A DNA stretch of 64,000 nt from Fonticula alba ATCC 38817. Its lineage: Eukaryota > Protista > Nucleariida. The notes beneath the pieces are model-generated. The model did no database searches, was not told the DNA's origin, and saw only the letters and a list, made by a program, of their open reading frames with translations. The position numbers and the translations under genes were made by a program. Shown here one piece after another: positions 25,101 to 37,480 of the stretch (positions within the stretch are counted from its first letter, which is position 1; each line of letters opens with the position of its first letter). The DNA is taken from the NCBI GenBank assembly GCA_000388065.2, contig KB932201.1; one strand, written 5' to 3'.

Positions 25101-27059
25101 GGTGGGCTGCTTTGACCTGACCCTCTGGCCCCCAGCGCCCGGGCTCCATATAAACCCCGCCGGGCCAAGGGATGCCGCGTCTGGCAGGTCTTGTCCACCC
25201 GTTTCCACGACCCGGGGGAGGTGTGCGTGCCTCCGTGTACGCGCGCACATGCGTCCCCCGGCACATGACCCGACCTCGGCCTCCGGCGAAGCCGGAGTAC
25301 AAAAGGCCCCCCCTCCTCCCCCGAGCTCGGTGCAAAAGCGCCTGAGCGCCCTCGGGGGGGGGGGNNNNNNNNNNNNNNNNNNNNNNNNNNNNNNNNNNNN
25401 NNNNNNNNNNNNNNNNNNNNNNNNNNNNNNNNNNNNNNNNNNNNNNNNNNNNNNNNNNNNNNNNNNNNNNNNNNNNNNNNNNNNNNNNNNNNNNNNNNNN
25501 NNNNNNNNNNNNNNNNNNNNNNNNNNNNNNNNNNNNNNNNNNNNNNNNNNNNNNNNNNNNNNNNNNNNNNNNNNNNNNNNNNNNNNNNNNNNNNNNNNNN
25601 NNNNNNNNNCCCGGTGCCGGCCCGCATGTGCGCGCGAGCGTCGACCCCCACACCAGCTCCGGGGGCCGTGTTGCACTCAGAGCCCCCCAGCCCCCTTTCC
25701 CCTGCCCCCGCCTGGGCCGTGCTTTACGGGTTCTCGGGGGCCGACCACCGGGCAGGGGCGAGGGGGGGGACCCAGGCCACATGGGGGTGGCCTTCCCCGG
25801 ACTCCCGCAAGCTCTCCCTTGACTGAGCCGGTATGCGGTTCCGGTTGCTGCCCCGACCCAGCTGGCGGTGCTCCACTTGGCTGTGCGACTCTGCCTGCCG
25901 CCCCCCCCCCCCGCCGGTTTGGGGGAGGCCCGCCATGCGTGCCCGAGGCCAGGGCAAATTCCCACAAGGTTGACCTGTGGTGGGCGCCTGGCCCCCGGCG
26001 CCTGTGTGGCCATCCGCCCCCCCCCCCGTACCTGCGGCGGCGCGAACGGGAAGGGCTATCTCTCATGGCCTCCTCTACCGAAATGATACGGGCCCACTTG
26101 CCTGCCCGCCCGGCCGCCCGCCGCCGCCAAGGGGACAACGTTCCCCCACCCCCCCCTCCCCCTCCAAGTAGCTCTGTAGGGCCTTCCTTCCCTGAAGGCG
26201 GAACACGCCCAACCAGATCCGAGGGCGCGAAGCCAAGGGTGTGCAGCCGGACAAAACACCAGCCGAGCGCCCGGCTCGCCCCCCTCGCCCGGAGCAGGAC
26301 CAGCCTGCCGGGCCGTGCATGTGTGTACTCACCTGCAAATAAAAGTGCACCCGTACGGCATATGTACCGTATCGGCGCACCGCATGGCATGCACTCCTCG
26401 TGTGTTATTATTTCGTCCTCTTTACGGCGGTTTTTCGCGGCGTCCCCCAGCCCCCGAACGGGGGGGGAAGGAAGGGGGGGGGGGGGGGGGCGAGCACGCG
26501 GGACCCGTGCCACAACCCTGGCACATCCACCATCCGGCTCCCTCGCCGGGGGGTCGTCTCCTCGGCTCTGCATTGTGTGCGTGGGTAGGGCCCAGGCAGG
26601 ACAGAGGGGGCGGCGGGCTGGGGGCGCGGCCGGACATGTGGGGCGGGCGCGGGGCGTTGGATGTGCACCGGTACCTCGTCGGACACTAAGCTCACAAATG
26701 TACACACGCGCACGCATGCATACCCCATTCGCCAGCGCGCCAGCCCATCCACCCGTGTCCCAATGGGCGGGAGGGCGGCGGGATTCCTCCCGCCCTGTCC
26801 CCTGCCCCCCCCCCCCCCCCCCGAGGGCGTGCCGGCGCCCCGGCGGGGTCGGTCAATCTCGCCCGCTCCTGTACTCTTTCTCTTTGAGAGCCCCCATACC
26901 CGCGGCGTATCGTGCCCGAGCTCAGCCCCCCCCCTCCCGTTTCGTTTCTCAGACCCTGTGTTGAGCCCACCTTCTCCTTTGCGTGGCGCACGGCTGTCCC
27001 CTTCTGACTACGAACGGTTCGTTCGACTGCGCCTCCTGTCGCCCTTTGTCGTCTGCCCC

Positions 27060-27124
27060 GCTCCCCGCTCCCCGCTCCCTGCTCCCTGCTTCCTACTCCC
27101 GGCTCCCGGCTCCCGGCTCCCCCC
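27060..27124. repeat. 7-bp tandem repeat (GCTCCC[C/T/G]) next to an assembly gap
   Basis: About 9 imperfect units, probably within a 5'-UTR intron of the phosphate transporter (acceptor CCACAG at 27486). Confidence 0.7.
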
Positions 27125-27495
27125 NNNNNNNNNNNNNNNNNNNNNNNNNNNNNNNNNNNNNNNNNNNNNNNNNNNNNNNNNNNNNNNNNNNNNNNNNNNN
27201 NNNNNNNNNNNNNNNNNNNNNNNNNNNNNNNNNNNNNNNNNNNNNNNNNNNNNNNNNNNNNNNNNNNNNNNNNNNNNNNNNNNNNNNNNNNNNNNNNNNN
27301 NNNNNNNNNNNNNNNNNNNNNNNNNNNNNNNNNNNNNNNNNNNNNNNNNNNNNNNNNNNNNNNNNNNNNNNNNNNNNNNNNNNNNNNNNNNNNNNNNNNN
27401 NNNNNNNNNNCCCCCCCCCCCCCCCCCGGTGCCCTTCTGACATCCTCCCCTCTCCAAACAACACCTCGCCCCTCCTTCCCCCACAGACACCTATC

Positions 27496-29613
27496 ATGGC
27501 TTTCGTTGATATGATTTCGGCGCTCGCCTCCAGCGCCGGGTCCGACAACCCCATGTCCCCGTACCTGTGGATTGTGATCGTCGGTGGTATTGCCTCCGTC
27601 ATCATGGCCTTCGGTATGGGTGCCAACGACGTGGCCAACACCTTCGGCCCCTCGGTCGGCGCCAAGACCCTCACCCTCAAGCAGGCCGTCATGTTCGCTT
27701 CGGTCTTCGAGTTCACCGGTTCCGTGCTCATGGGCGGTGCCGTCGTCGACACCGTGTCCCGCGGTATCGCCGATCCCGAGATGTTCGCCGACACCCCGGA
27801 GGTGTTGATGCTCGGTATGTTCACGTCCCTCGTCGCCGCCGGTATCTGGCTCCTGCTGGCCACCTCCCTGTCGCTCTCCGTCTCGACCACCCACTCCGTC
27901 AGTACGTGTTCACCAGGCGGGGCCTCCTCCTCCCCCCCTTCCCATGCTCGCATTCGATGTGCCCCCCCCCNNNNNNNNNNNNNNNNNNNNNNNNNNNNNN
28001 NNNNNNNNNNNNNNNNNNNNNNNNNNNNNNNNNNNNNNNNNNNNNNNNNNNNNNNNNNNNNNNNNNNNNNNNNNNNNNNNNNNNNNNNNNNNNNNNNNNN
28101 NNNNNNNNNNNNNNNNNNNNNNNNNNNNNNNNNNNNNNNNNNNNNNNNNNNNNNNNNNNNNNNNNNNNNNNNNNNNNNNNNNNNNNNNNNNNNNNNNNNN
28201 NNNNNNNNNNNNNNNNNNNNNNNNNNNNNNNNNNNNNNNNNNNNNNNNNNNNNNNNNNNNNNNNNNNNNNNNNNNNNNNNNNNNNNNNNNCCCCCCCCCC
28301 CCCCCCGACACACCACCACCCACCATGCAGTTGGCTCCATCATCGGCTTCTCCCTCGTTGCCGGTGGTCCCGGCGCCATTCTGTGGGGCGATCTCGGTCT
28401 GATCGTTGCCTCGTGGTTCATCTCTCCCGTCCTGTCCGGCAGTATCGCCGCCGCCACCTTCTGGTCGGTTCGCCGTTTCATCCTGCGCAAGGAGAACTCC
28501 CTGACCCTGGGCTACTACTTCTACCCTCTGCTGATTGCCACCACCGTGGCCGTCAATGTCTTCTTCATCACCTACAAGGGTCCCTTCAAGGGTGTTGAGG
28601 AGGTCCTGCCCGTGTGGGCGGGCATCCTGGTTTCCATCGGTGCCGGTATCGTCCTGGCCACTCTCATCCACTTCCTGCTGATGCCCTTCATCCGCCGGTA
28701 CATTGAGAAGGGCTCCAGCGATGAGGAGGAGGATGTCGGCTCTCTGGCCGCCACCGCCCCGGAGGACTACGGCGTCTCGGTTCCCATCAACGCCGATGCC
28801 TCTGCCCTGTCCGGTGCCACCACCACCGGCGTCGATGACCGCATGCCCCTGCTGGCTGATGCCTCCACCCCGCTGATCGCCGAGGACACCGCCAGCAAGC
28901 CGACCGAGAACGCCGCCTCCGCCAGTGTCATGAGCTTCTACCAGTCCACCCTCAACCGTGATGTCCATGCCGAGGCCAAGAGCGAGGAGGTTGCCCGTCT
29001 CCACGCCTCTGCCGAGATCTTCGACGAGAAGACCGAGCAGCTCTTCAGCTACCTGCAGGTGGCCACTGCCTGCTTTGCTTCCTTCGCCCACGGTGCCAAC
29101 GACGTGTCCAACTCCGTGGCCCCCTTCACCATGATCTACTACATCTACATGTATGCCGATATCCCGGCCGGCGACTATGCCCCGCCTGTCTGGATTCTGG
29201 TCATGGGTGGTATCGGTATCGTGGCCGGTCTGGCCCTGTACGGCTACAAGCTGATTATCGCCATCGGCACGAACCTCATCAAGATGACCCCCTCTCGTGG
29301 TTTCGCCATCGAGCTGGCCACCGCCGCCACCGTGGTCATGGCCTCCATGATTGGTATCCCCATTTCCTCCACCCATTGCCAGGTCGGTGCCACCGTTGCT
29401 GTGGGTGCCTGCGAGGGCAAGAGCGGCTTCAACCTCAAGCTCTTCACCAAGACCTTCTCCGCCTGGATTATCACCATCTTCTTCGCTGGTGCCGTGTCGG
29501 CCGGTATCTTCTCCCTGGCCTACTTCTCCCCGGCCCACCCGGACTTCGGCTCGGTCATCATCCCCCCGGCCGACTCTGCCTCCTCGGCGGTTTCCTCGCT
29601 GCTTGGCTTCTAA
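27496..29613 (+). CDS. PiT/SLC20 (PHO4-family, Pho89-like) inorganic phosphate transporter; 2 coding exons
   Basis: GANDVANTFGPSVG, SVFEFTGSVLMG, SLSVSTTHSVIGSIIG, SFAHGANDVSNSVAP, TPSRGFAIELATA and GIPISSTHCQVGA show both PHO4 signature repeats. The intron at 27902-28330 (GTACGT...CAG) spans a gap. Confidence 0.95.
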   Translation: MAFVDMISALASSAGSDNPMSPYLWIVIVGGIASVIMAFGMGANDVANTFGPSVGAKTLTLKQAVMFASVFEFTGSVLMGGAVVDTVSRGIADPEMFADTPEVLMLGMFTSLVAAGIWLLLATSLSLSVSTTHSVSTCSPGGASSSPPSHARIRCAPPXXXXXXXXXXXXXXXXXXXXXXXXXXXXXXXXXXXXXXXXXXXXXXXXXXXXXXXXXXXXXXXXXXXXXXXXXXXXXXXXXXXXXXXXXXXXXXXXXXXXXXXXXXXPPPPPRHTTTHHAVGSIIGFSLVAGGPGAILWGDLGLIVASWFISPVLSGSIAAATFWSVRRFILRKENSLTLGYYFYPLLIATTVAVNVFFITYKGPFKGVEEVLPVWAGILVSIGAGIVLATLIHFLLMPFIRRYIEKGSSDEEEDVGSLAATAPEDYGVSVPINADASALSGATTTGVDDRMPLLADASTPLIAEDTASKPTENAASASVMSFYQSTLNRDVHAEAKSEEVARLHASAEIFDEKTEQLFSYLQVATACFASFAHGANDVSNSVAPFTMIYYIYMYADIPAGDYAPPVWILVMGGIGIVAGLALYGYKLIIAIGTNLIKMTPSRGFAIELATAATVVMASMIGIPISSTHCQVGATVAVGACEGKSGFNLKLFTKTFSAWIITIFFAGAVSAGIFSLAYFSPAHPDFGSVIIPPADSASSAVSSLLGF

Positions 29614-29842
29614 GGTGTTGCCTCGCCCTTCTTCTGCCCTTGTTGGGTGATGTGCCGCAAGCACACCCACACATACATACACATACACACATACACACAT
29701 ACACACATACACACATACACACATATGTGCAGGCATGCGTACCCTCAAAATGGGTGTAGCCGGGAGTGTCTGCCCTTCTTCATCCTCTCTCCTCTCGATC
29801 CCGCAGAGAGAGAGAAGGTCGCACTCGTCAATGTGCTCCCGG

Positions 29843-29887
<45 letters not shown>

Positions 29888-30311
29888 TCCGATGATATGG
29901 TGCCCCCCCCGTCCATTGTGTCGGGGGGTACTTCATGGATGTCGGGGCGGAGAATGGCGCAGAAGAGAGATGTGGGGCGGATGTTGGCATGCTCAACTCT
30001 GTTGTCCATAGCGCGTGCCGTCGTGTGGAGGCGCACACGGCTGGGGAGATGGGCCCTCTTGCGGCTCTGCCTCCTCCTCCGTTTCGGCGGTGTGTTGTAT
30101 GCGCTCTTTCGTCCTCGGGACCATGAGAGACGGGCCTCCCCTCCCCTCTCCCTCACACTCCATTCCCCTTTCTCTCCCCCTCTTGCCCTTTGATAAATAT
30201 AAATGCCGCCAGTCGGCGCTCTGTGAATGACCTCTTCTTGTGTTGTTTTCCCCCGCGTCCCTTCTCTCGCAGGCAAAAGAGAGAAGGGGGGTTTGTTGGC
30301 CGGCGCCTTGA

Positions 30312-30352
<41 letters not shown>

Positions 30353-30707
30353 GGCTGGAAAGGAGCGCTCGCATAATTCGGAGAATGGACAGATGTATTT
30401 GTCGCGCGGGGGGGCGGCGTGTGGACATGTGCATGGTTTTCCCCTGTGCCTTTCTCCCTCCCTCCGCCTTTTGCCCCATGCCAAGCAAATGTATCCTTCA
30501 TGTTCAGCAGATGAGAGGAAGGAGGTGCCAATCGGGCATCATGCCGGAATGGTATGGTAGAGCACATGGCATAGCACGGCACGCCAAGGGTCCACATGGC
30601 GGTGGGGCTTGCCTTCGTGCAGACACACGAGGCGCGCGCATCCACGTAGGGGGGAGGGGGAGGGCGGGGGGGGATGCACAGAGGTCCCGCCTGTATGCTC
30701 GCTCTCT

Positions 30708-32272
30708 TTACCGGATGGTACCGTTGGCGACGGTGTTCGGGGCACAAACGCCCTCCTTGCCCTTGATGGACCAAGCGATGTCGTTCCAGCGAGCAACACG
30801 GTTGGCATCGGTGCGCAGACCCGGCTGCAGGGCCTCGAAGATCTTCTTCTTCGGGTTGAGCTGGGGCAGAGGCTCGCCTATTGGTGTTTGCGGGGTTACA
30901 CGGCGATGTCAGCAGCGAAAGAGGCTTCCACAAGGGGCAATCAAAAGGGGAAGAGAGAGGGCACGCGTACCGGGGTGACCCTCGAAGACGATGACGTCGC
31001 CCACCTCGGCGCCGGCCGGCGGCTCGACCAGCTCGACGACGGTGTCCTCGGCGTTGGCAGCGCACATGACCATGGCGAAGGACTTGACACCACGCATGCT
31101 GGGAGTTGTGGCGCGCGGCGAAACAGGAGCCAGTCAGGCACGGCGCATGCACGGTCAGAGAATGCCGAGAGGCTGGGCAAAAGCCGAGACGATAAAGGGC
31201 CAAGGGCAGCGGGCAAAGGCCCCCCCCCCCCCCTCCCCCTCTCCTCCGCCGCTCCCCAAATTCAAGCAAACAACGCACGCAGCCGGCTTCAGGTTGCACA
31301 GGCAGATAACAAGGCGGTCCTGAAGATACTCCATCGGGATCTTGCCAACCAGGCCGGAAACGACGGTGCGGGGACCGGTCTCCTCACCGAAGTCGATCTG
31401 CTCCACATACAGGGACGAGGCATTCTCATGCAGGGCGACGCTGACCACGCGGCCAACGCGCATGTCCAGCATCGAGATGTCGGGCTCGCCGGAGACCTCG
31501 GCGGCGGCGGCGGGCTTGGCCGCGGGCTTGGCCTTGGCCTTCTTCTTCTCCTGGAGGGCCTCAGCCTCGGCGGCAACGGCAGCGAGCTGTGCGTGATTTG
31601 GTGCCGAGTGTTAGGATTGGCCAGAGACACAGAGGAAGAGCGAGAGAGGGAGAGAGGGAGAGAGGGAGAGAGGGAGAGAGAGGGAGAGAGAGGGAGAGAG
31701 AGGGAGAGCTGGCCATGGGGGTGGCGCAAAAGGCAGCCCCCACCAAGCGTGCGAAATGGGGTGCACGCACAGCAGCCTCGAAGTCAATCTTGGGGAAGAC
31801 AGAGATGTTGATCTTGTCGTGGGTAAGGTCCTGGACCTCCTTGAACCAGCGGAACAGGTTGCCAACCTCGTTGTAGCGACGAGCCGGGAGGTTGTTCTAT
31901 GTGCACGTAGACGCGAGCGGTGAGAGGGACTTGTTAGATCTTGTATCGGAAGAGGCCCAATGATCGGGATGGCCCGACGACAGGAAGAGGAAACGCACGA
32001 AGTAGCCGTGGGCGATGGCAAAGACAAAGACATCAGCAGCGGAGATGTTATCGNNNNNNNNNNNNNNNNNNNNNNNNNNNNNNNNNNNNNNNNNNNNNNN
32101 NNNNNNNNNNNNNNNNNNNNNNNNNNNNNNNNNNNNNNNNNNNNNNNNNNNNNNNNNNNNNNNNNNNNNNNNNNNNNNGGGTGCAGGCGGGCGAAAGTGG
32201 CGGGGAGGGGGGGGGGGTTTCCTCCCCCGCGGGGGAAAACAGGACGGGGGGGGGGGGGCCGGGGCTTTTTGT

Positions 32273-32330
<58 letters not shown>

Positions 32331-32808
32331 AAGGGAACGTCGTGTGCGCGTGTGTGTGTGTGTGTGTGTGTGTGCGCGTGGCAAAGCAGGTGAGTCTCAG
32401 GGCAGCAGGTAGTGGCAGGGCAAGGTGGGCGCGAGCGTGGCCGACGCACGCGGGCGCTGGAGCGGATGTCACGCTGGGAAGCGGCGGCGATGGCGGGCTG
32501 CATGGTGAAGAACGCCAGGTGGATCCACTGGAGAACCTACAGGTGGTGTGCGTGCGTGTGCGCGCGTGTGAGTGGGCTGGGGCACGGGCAGGATGGCGAA
32601 GCCAAGAGGGAGGGAGCGGGAGCAAGCGAACCTGAGCGAACTCCTCGCCGTCGGTGGGAACCAGATCCGCATGAGCCTCCTTGATGGCCTGCAGGGCAGT
32701 AGTCAGGTCGTGCTCAGTCTCGGGCAGGCCAAGGGCCTTGAGGACCAGGTTGAGCGACTGGGCGTCGGCGACGGTGGTGGTGGGGGCGGCGGCGGCGGCG
32801 TCGGACAT
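30708..32808 (-). CDS. Arc1p/AIMP1-like aminoacyl-tRNA synthetase cofactor (GST-like N-domain, Lys/Ala linker, EMAPII/TRBD OB-fold); one exon partly in a gap
   Basis: QVLQWI...[11 protein letters not shown]...[10 protein letters not shown] (GST-C-like), [53 protein letters not shown]...[21 protein letters not shown]...[11 protein letters not shown]...[10 protein letters not shown]...NGTIR*. Confidence 0.88.
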
Positions 32809-34863
32809 CGCGTTCGGGTGATACTTTCGCGCTCTAGAGGAGAGGGGGCAGAAACCAGCAGGGGCGAAGATCGGGAGAGGGAATTGTCCGTCCGCCAGGC
32901 CGGTGGGCTGGCCGCCGTTCAATGTGAGTGGCCACCTCGCCGGGCAGGGATGATATGCCGGGCTCGGGCCGAGCACGAGGGCGTTTAATTTCCGGCGTTT
33001 GTTGCTGGGAGGTGGCGAGGCTGACATTTGGTCTCCGGCCGCGGCTTCCCCCTGTTGCATCTGCAGGGGGCGGAGGAGGGGGACGCGCTGTGTCTGGGGG
33101 ACACCGGCGGTGGCGGCGGCAGCGGCGGCGGCGGAGGAGCACACGATAGACGAGCGACGGGCTCAACAGGCCTCGCGCAGGATTGCGTTCGCGATGCCCC
33201 GCCATCCGCCGAGGGCGTGACCTTGGAATGCCGAAGATGTGATCATATGACTGAGATACACAAGGCAATCTGATCAGGGGACGGCCGCCGCGCTGTTTCC
33301 CGTTCTCCGGCACACTTGGATCGTCTTGCAGGGGCAGGCGAAGGCGAAGGCGAAGGGGGGGGGGGGGGGTCCCCACGCTTGTTGCGTCATGAAAGAACAC
33401 CGTCCCCTTGCGCCAGCCGGGGGGGGCGTCTAGGAGGGGACTACGGAGACACGGGGGCCAGACGTGGGGGAGGAGGAGTGAGGTCCGGAGGCTGCTCCGG
33501 CGGGGGCGAGGGGGTTGTGCGTGTTACGGGCCCAGCATTCACCCCTCGCCCGGCTCGGCCCCCCCCGCGGCCTGAAAGGGTGATGATCGGGAAGCCGAGG
33601 GGCGGAGACCCTTCGGAGGGCGAGGGGGGGGGGGGGGGGAGCCACAGGCAGGGGAGATTCGCGGACACATTTCTTGGGCCCCCGGGCCGGGGAGACTTCT
33701 GGTGGCCGGAGCGAGTATTGGGGCAGGCCGCTCGAGGACCGGGGGTCTTTTGAGGCTTTTCCTGCCAGCAATCCAAACACATACACTTACCGCCGTGCAC
33801 CGAGGCGCGCAATTGCCGAAGTACCTTTACATCGGCGAAATTAACCAACCCCCTTCTCAGGATAGCAGCTCCCTCTGTCTCCCTCTTTCACTCACTCTCT
33901 CTCCCTCGCCGTCTGGCTGTGTCGTTCTCCGCCTTTCAGAGGGGCGAGGGGCGCCGCGTTCGGGTGCCTGAGGCCCATGCCTTTGGGCTTTCGCTGGCTG
34001 ACCCCTTCTGGCGGGGGGGGGGGCGGCGAGGGGCGGGGGGGACAAATCGGCATCATGCAGTTGGGAGGGGGGGGCCCCCCCCCGTCGCCCCCCCCCCCCC
34101 TGGCCCCTGTTGCTTCATACACCGTCAGACCCCCTTTCACCCCCCCCTGCACAGGCCCGCGCCCGCGCTCGCGCCCGCCGCCACACACTTGCCCCTCTTT
34201 TTCGCGGCGAGGACCCATCAGCCGCGAGAGATCTCCTCGCGCAATGGGAAGAGGACGGGGAGGATTTTTTTGGGCCTCGTGCTTGCCCAGCATGCCCCCG
34301 AGTGGCTTGGCTACCCATTCCCTGCTCGACAACGCTCGACACCTCCCTCCTTCCTCTCTGCCTTCCGCGCTCCACAAATCCCTACCCTCCCCTCCCCCCC
34401 GCCCGTCTCCTCCGTCCCTCGCCCTCCGTCCCTCCACCCCCTCCTTCCCCATCCCCTGCCTTTGCGTCTGGGCGTGCTCCGCTACTTCGTAGCCGCCTTT
34501 CTCGCGTGCGTCACGCCCCTCCACCGCGTCGGCTCCGACGGTGTCGCCTCCCCCCCCCCCCCCTCCGACCCGCCCCCCCAAACCCCCCCCCGACAACCGA
34601 CGCCCCCCCGACACGCGTAGCAGTATCCTGCGTCTACATGTGCTTGTCTAGTGGTGTTCGTGCAAAGTAAAGCGTACATTTCCCCCCCCCCCCCCCCCCG
34701 CCTGCCCCCTGTTCCGGCACCTTGCGGCTCAGCTAACCCCCCTCCCCTCCTCTGCCTGGTGCTTCGCGGTTCCCTCGGTTTTCTCCTTTTCAGCACCGCA
34801 AGCAGTCTCCCCTCCCCTGTGCCTCCCCCCCCCCCCGAGCGCCGGCGGCTGACTGTGTGAAGC

Positions 34864-37480
34864 ATGTTCAAAAATCTCATCAGCAAAACCATCACCAAGC
34901 TAACGGCCCCTGGCGGGGACCGTAACTTGCTGGTCGATGATTCCGACATCTCCCGTGCGTTGTCTCCTCGTGCACCTGCGCTGGCGTCCTCATTTTTATC
35001 CCGGGGCTCTGGCCTGCTGCCGGCTCTCCACTTTGTCCAATGCCCCTGACACAAATGCCTCGCGATTGATCGCACAGCCGAGGAGCCCTCCTACTTCTCC
35101 CTCACCGACGAGGAGCTCACTCAAGACCCGGATACCGTTTTTACCATGCTCGAGAAGCTTGGCGAGGGGTGCGCTATCAAGTCAACCCGCCTCCCCCGCA
35201 GTTGCACTCCTCTCCTCTATTCCCTCCCCCCTTTTCTTTCTCCTGCCATGTGTTTGTGCCAGCGAGGCTTGCCTTCCTCCCGCCTAACCTCCACACCCTC
35301 ACCTGCATAGGTCATATGGCTTTGTCCATAAGGCCACTCACAATGCCAGCGGTCATATCGTTGCCATCAAGCGCGTGGCCGTGGAGGACAATGATTTCGA
35401 GAGCCTGGTCAAGGAAATCCAGATCATGAACGGCTGCCGCTCCAAGTATATCGTCCAGTTCTACGGCAGCTACTTCAAGGACCAGCACCTCTGGGTATGT
35501 GCCTGCACCGTTGCAAAGTGCCTGTCTGCATGCCCCCTCTCTCGTACCCCCATTAGTCTGACCTTTCCTCCTCCTCCTCCGCTCTCCTCCCCCCCTCCTC
35601 TTGGAAAAGATTGTGATTGAGTACTGCGGCGCCGGGGCCGTGTCGGACGTCATGCGCATCCACCGGTCGCCGTTGACCGAAAAGCAGATTGCCGTCATTT
35701 GTCGTGACGCCCTCAATGGGCTGGTTTATCTTCACGGCCTGCGCAAGATCCACCGTGACATCAAGGCCGGCAACATCCTGCTCAACAGCCAGGGCGTGGC
35801 CAAGCTCGCGGATTTCGGTGTCACTGGCCAGCTCTCGGATGACATGGTCAAGCGTAACACCGTCATCGGCACCCCCTTCTGGATGGCCCCGGAGGTGATC
35901 GAGGAGGTTGGCTACAATGAGCTGGCCGACGTGTGGTCTCTTGGCATCACGCTGATTGAGATGGCCGATGGCTTCCCGCCTTACCACAAGATCAACCCGA
36001 TGCGTGTACGCCCTTTGCCTCCCGCCCTTTGCCTCCCGCCCTTTGCCTTTCGCCCTTTGCCTCTCGCCCTTTGCCTCTTGCCCTTCGACCCCCCCCCATC
36101 GCCACCATCACCACACACGCACACATGTATTTGTGTATGCATGTAGCCCTTGCGCCCTACCTGCCTCGAAGGAGGGTGACGATGTTCTAATTGTTCCCCC
36201 CCCCCCTCTCCCTCGCCCCTCTCTGCCCATGCAGGCTGTTTTCTTGATCCCCACCAAGCCCCCTCCGACGGTGTCCGACCCGTCCAAGTTTTCGCCGGCC
36301 TTCAATGACTTCGTTGCCAGCTGCCTGGTTAAGTCCCCGGCCCAGCGCCCGAGTGCCGAGAGTCTGCTTTCTGTGCGTCTGCTGCTTCCTCCCTTCCCCC
36401 TCGCCTGCCCGGTCCTATGGCCACGTCCCCAGCGCATCAAGAGGTAGACTAACCATGCGTCTGTCTTTTTTCTTCCTTCCCGGCGCGCCATCTTAGCACG
36501 AGTTCATCACCCAGTGCCCTCCGCGTGCGGTGCTCAATGAGCTGGTCCAGTCCACACTGGAGCGCATCAGCGAGGCCGGTGGTCTGAACAACCTCGGCGG
36601 CGAGGACGACTCTGACGGCGAGAGCTACGATGTGCGTCTCCCTCTGCGCCCCTTCTCCTGCCTCCTCTTTCTCCCCTGATCTTTATGCGTGTGTGTGTGT
36701 GTGTGTGTGTGTGTGCCTGGCCTCGTGACTGACGTGTGTCCTGTTGCCACCTGTTGTTTGCTCCATCCCCTTGCCCCTTCTCTTCCCCCGTGTGTTACGC
36801 AGGGTGTCGTCAACACGGTCGTTCCCTCTCGCGGGCGAGGCGCCTCGCGTTTCGATGACTCGGGCGATTCCGATTCCGACTCCGATTCCGACGATTACGA
36901 CTCCAGCACCACTCAGTTTAATGGCCGGCCCGCCTACGACACCATGATTGTCAACTCAGATACCACCAATTTCGGCACCATGCAGGGTGCGTTTGCCTTC
37001 TGCCTCCTTCTGTCGCTGGCCCTTTTGGCCTCCGGCTTTCTTTCTCCACCCCTCGCGTGTGCGCGCGTGCCCATCTCACCGATGTGTGTCCCCTCCTCCC
37101 TGCTGAAGACCATGGAACGATGGTCTCCATGAACAAGACCGGCGCCGGCGCCGACGACGACGAGCCATACTTCATGAAGATCACTCGTGAGCGCGCTGCC
37201 GAGGCTGCTGCCCTGGCTGCCCGTGCTGTACGTCCATCCCGAGGGATAATCCACCTCCTGGTCTCTCCTTTGCCTTGCCGGGCATGCCCGTGCTCACTCC
37301 TCCTCACCCCTCCCCCCCCCCCCCCGCCTCTCCCCCCACTTGTCCCCGTCTCTTTCTCTCCCCCTCCCGCCCCCTCTGGTACTACCGCCACAGGAGGAGC
37401 AGAAGAAGGCCACCCCCCAGCAATCGCAGAAGTCCATGCAGGAGCTCCTGGCCGCTGTGAACTCCGGGCGCTGCCAGTAG
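34864..37480 (+). CDS. STE20 GCK-II kinase, Hippo/MST1-MST2 (STK3/STK4)-like; about 9 exons
   Basis: SLTDEELTQDPDTVFTMLEKLGEGSYG, VAIKRV, IVQFYGSYFK..LWIVIEYCGAGAVSD, KIHRDIKAGNILL, KLADFGV, KRNTVIGTPFWMAPEVI, NPMRAVFLIPTKPPPT. The acidic linker carries Thr-Met motifs. The last exon (EEQKK...GRCQ*) is inferred. Confidence 0.92.
36010..36086. repeat. Intronic minisatellite, about 5.5 x 14 bp (GCCCTTTGCCTYYY)
   Basis: Starts inside the GTACGC donor motif (36006) of a kinase intron; the units are directly visible. Confidence 0.9.

Noticed and set aside
26345-26380. Imperfect 12-bp hairpin upstream of the phosphate transporter
   Set aside because: It is short with two mismatches and is plausible by chance; nothing indicates a riboswitch or terminator.
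24369-26964. Long ORFs of 300-620 aa in the YIPF6-PiT interval
   Set aside because: They are Arg/Pro/Gly/Ala low-complexity translations that run through N-gaps, as expected from stop-poor GC-rich DNA.
27910-31299. 1129-aa minus-strand ORF
   Set aside because: It is an antisense shadow of the C/G-biased PiT coding exon plus microsatellite and gap-derived sequence, and has no domain motifs.
33236-33276. C/D-box-like motifs (GTGATCA...CTGA...CTGA) upstream of the Arc1-like gene
   Set aside because: Box C is imperfect and the C-to-D distance is only about 35 nt, too short for a snoRNA, and there is no convincing terminal stem.
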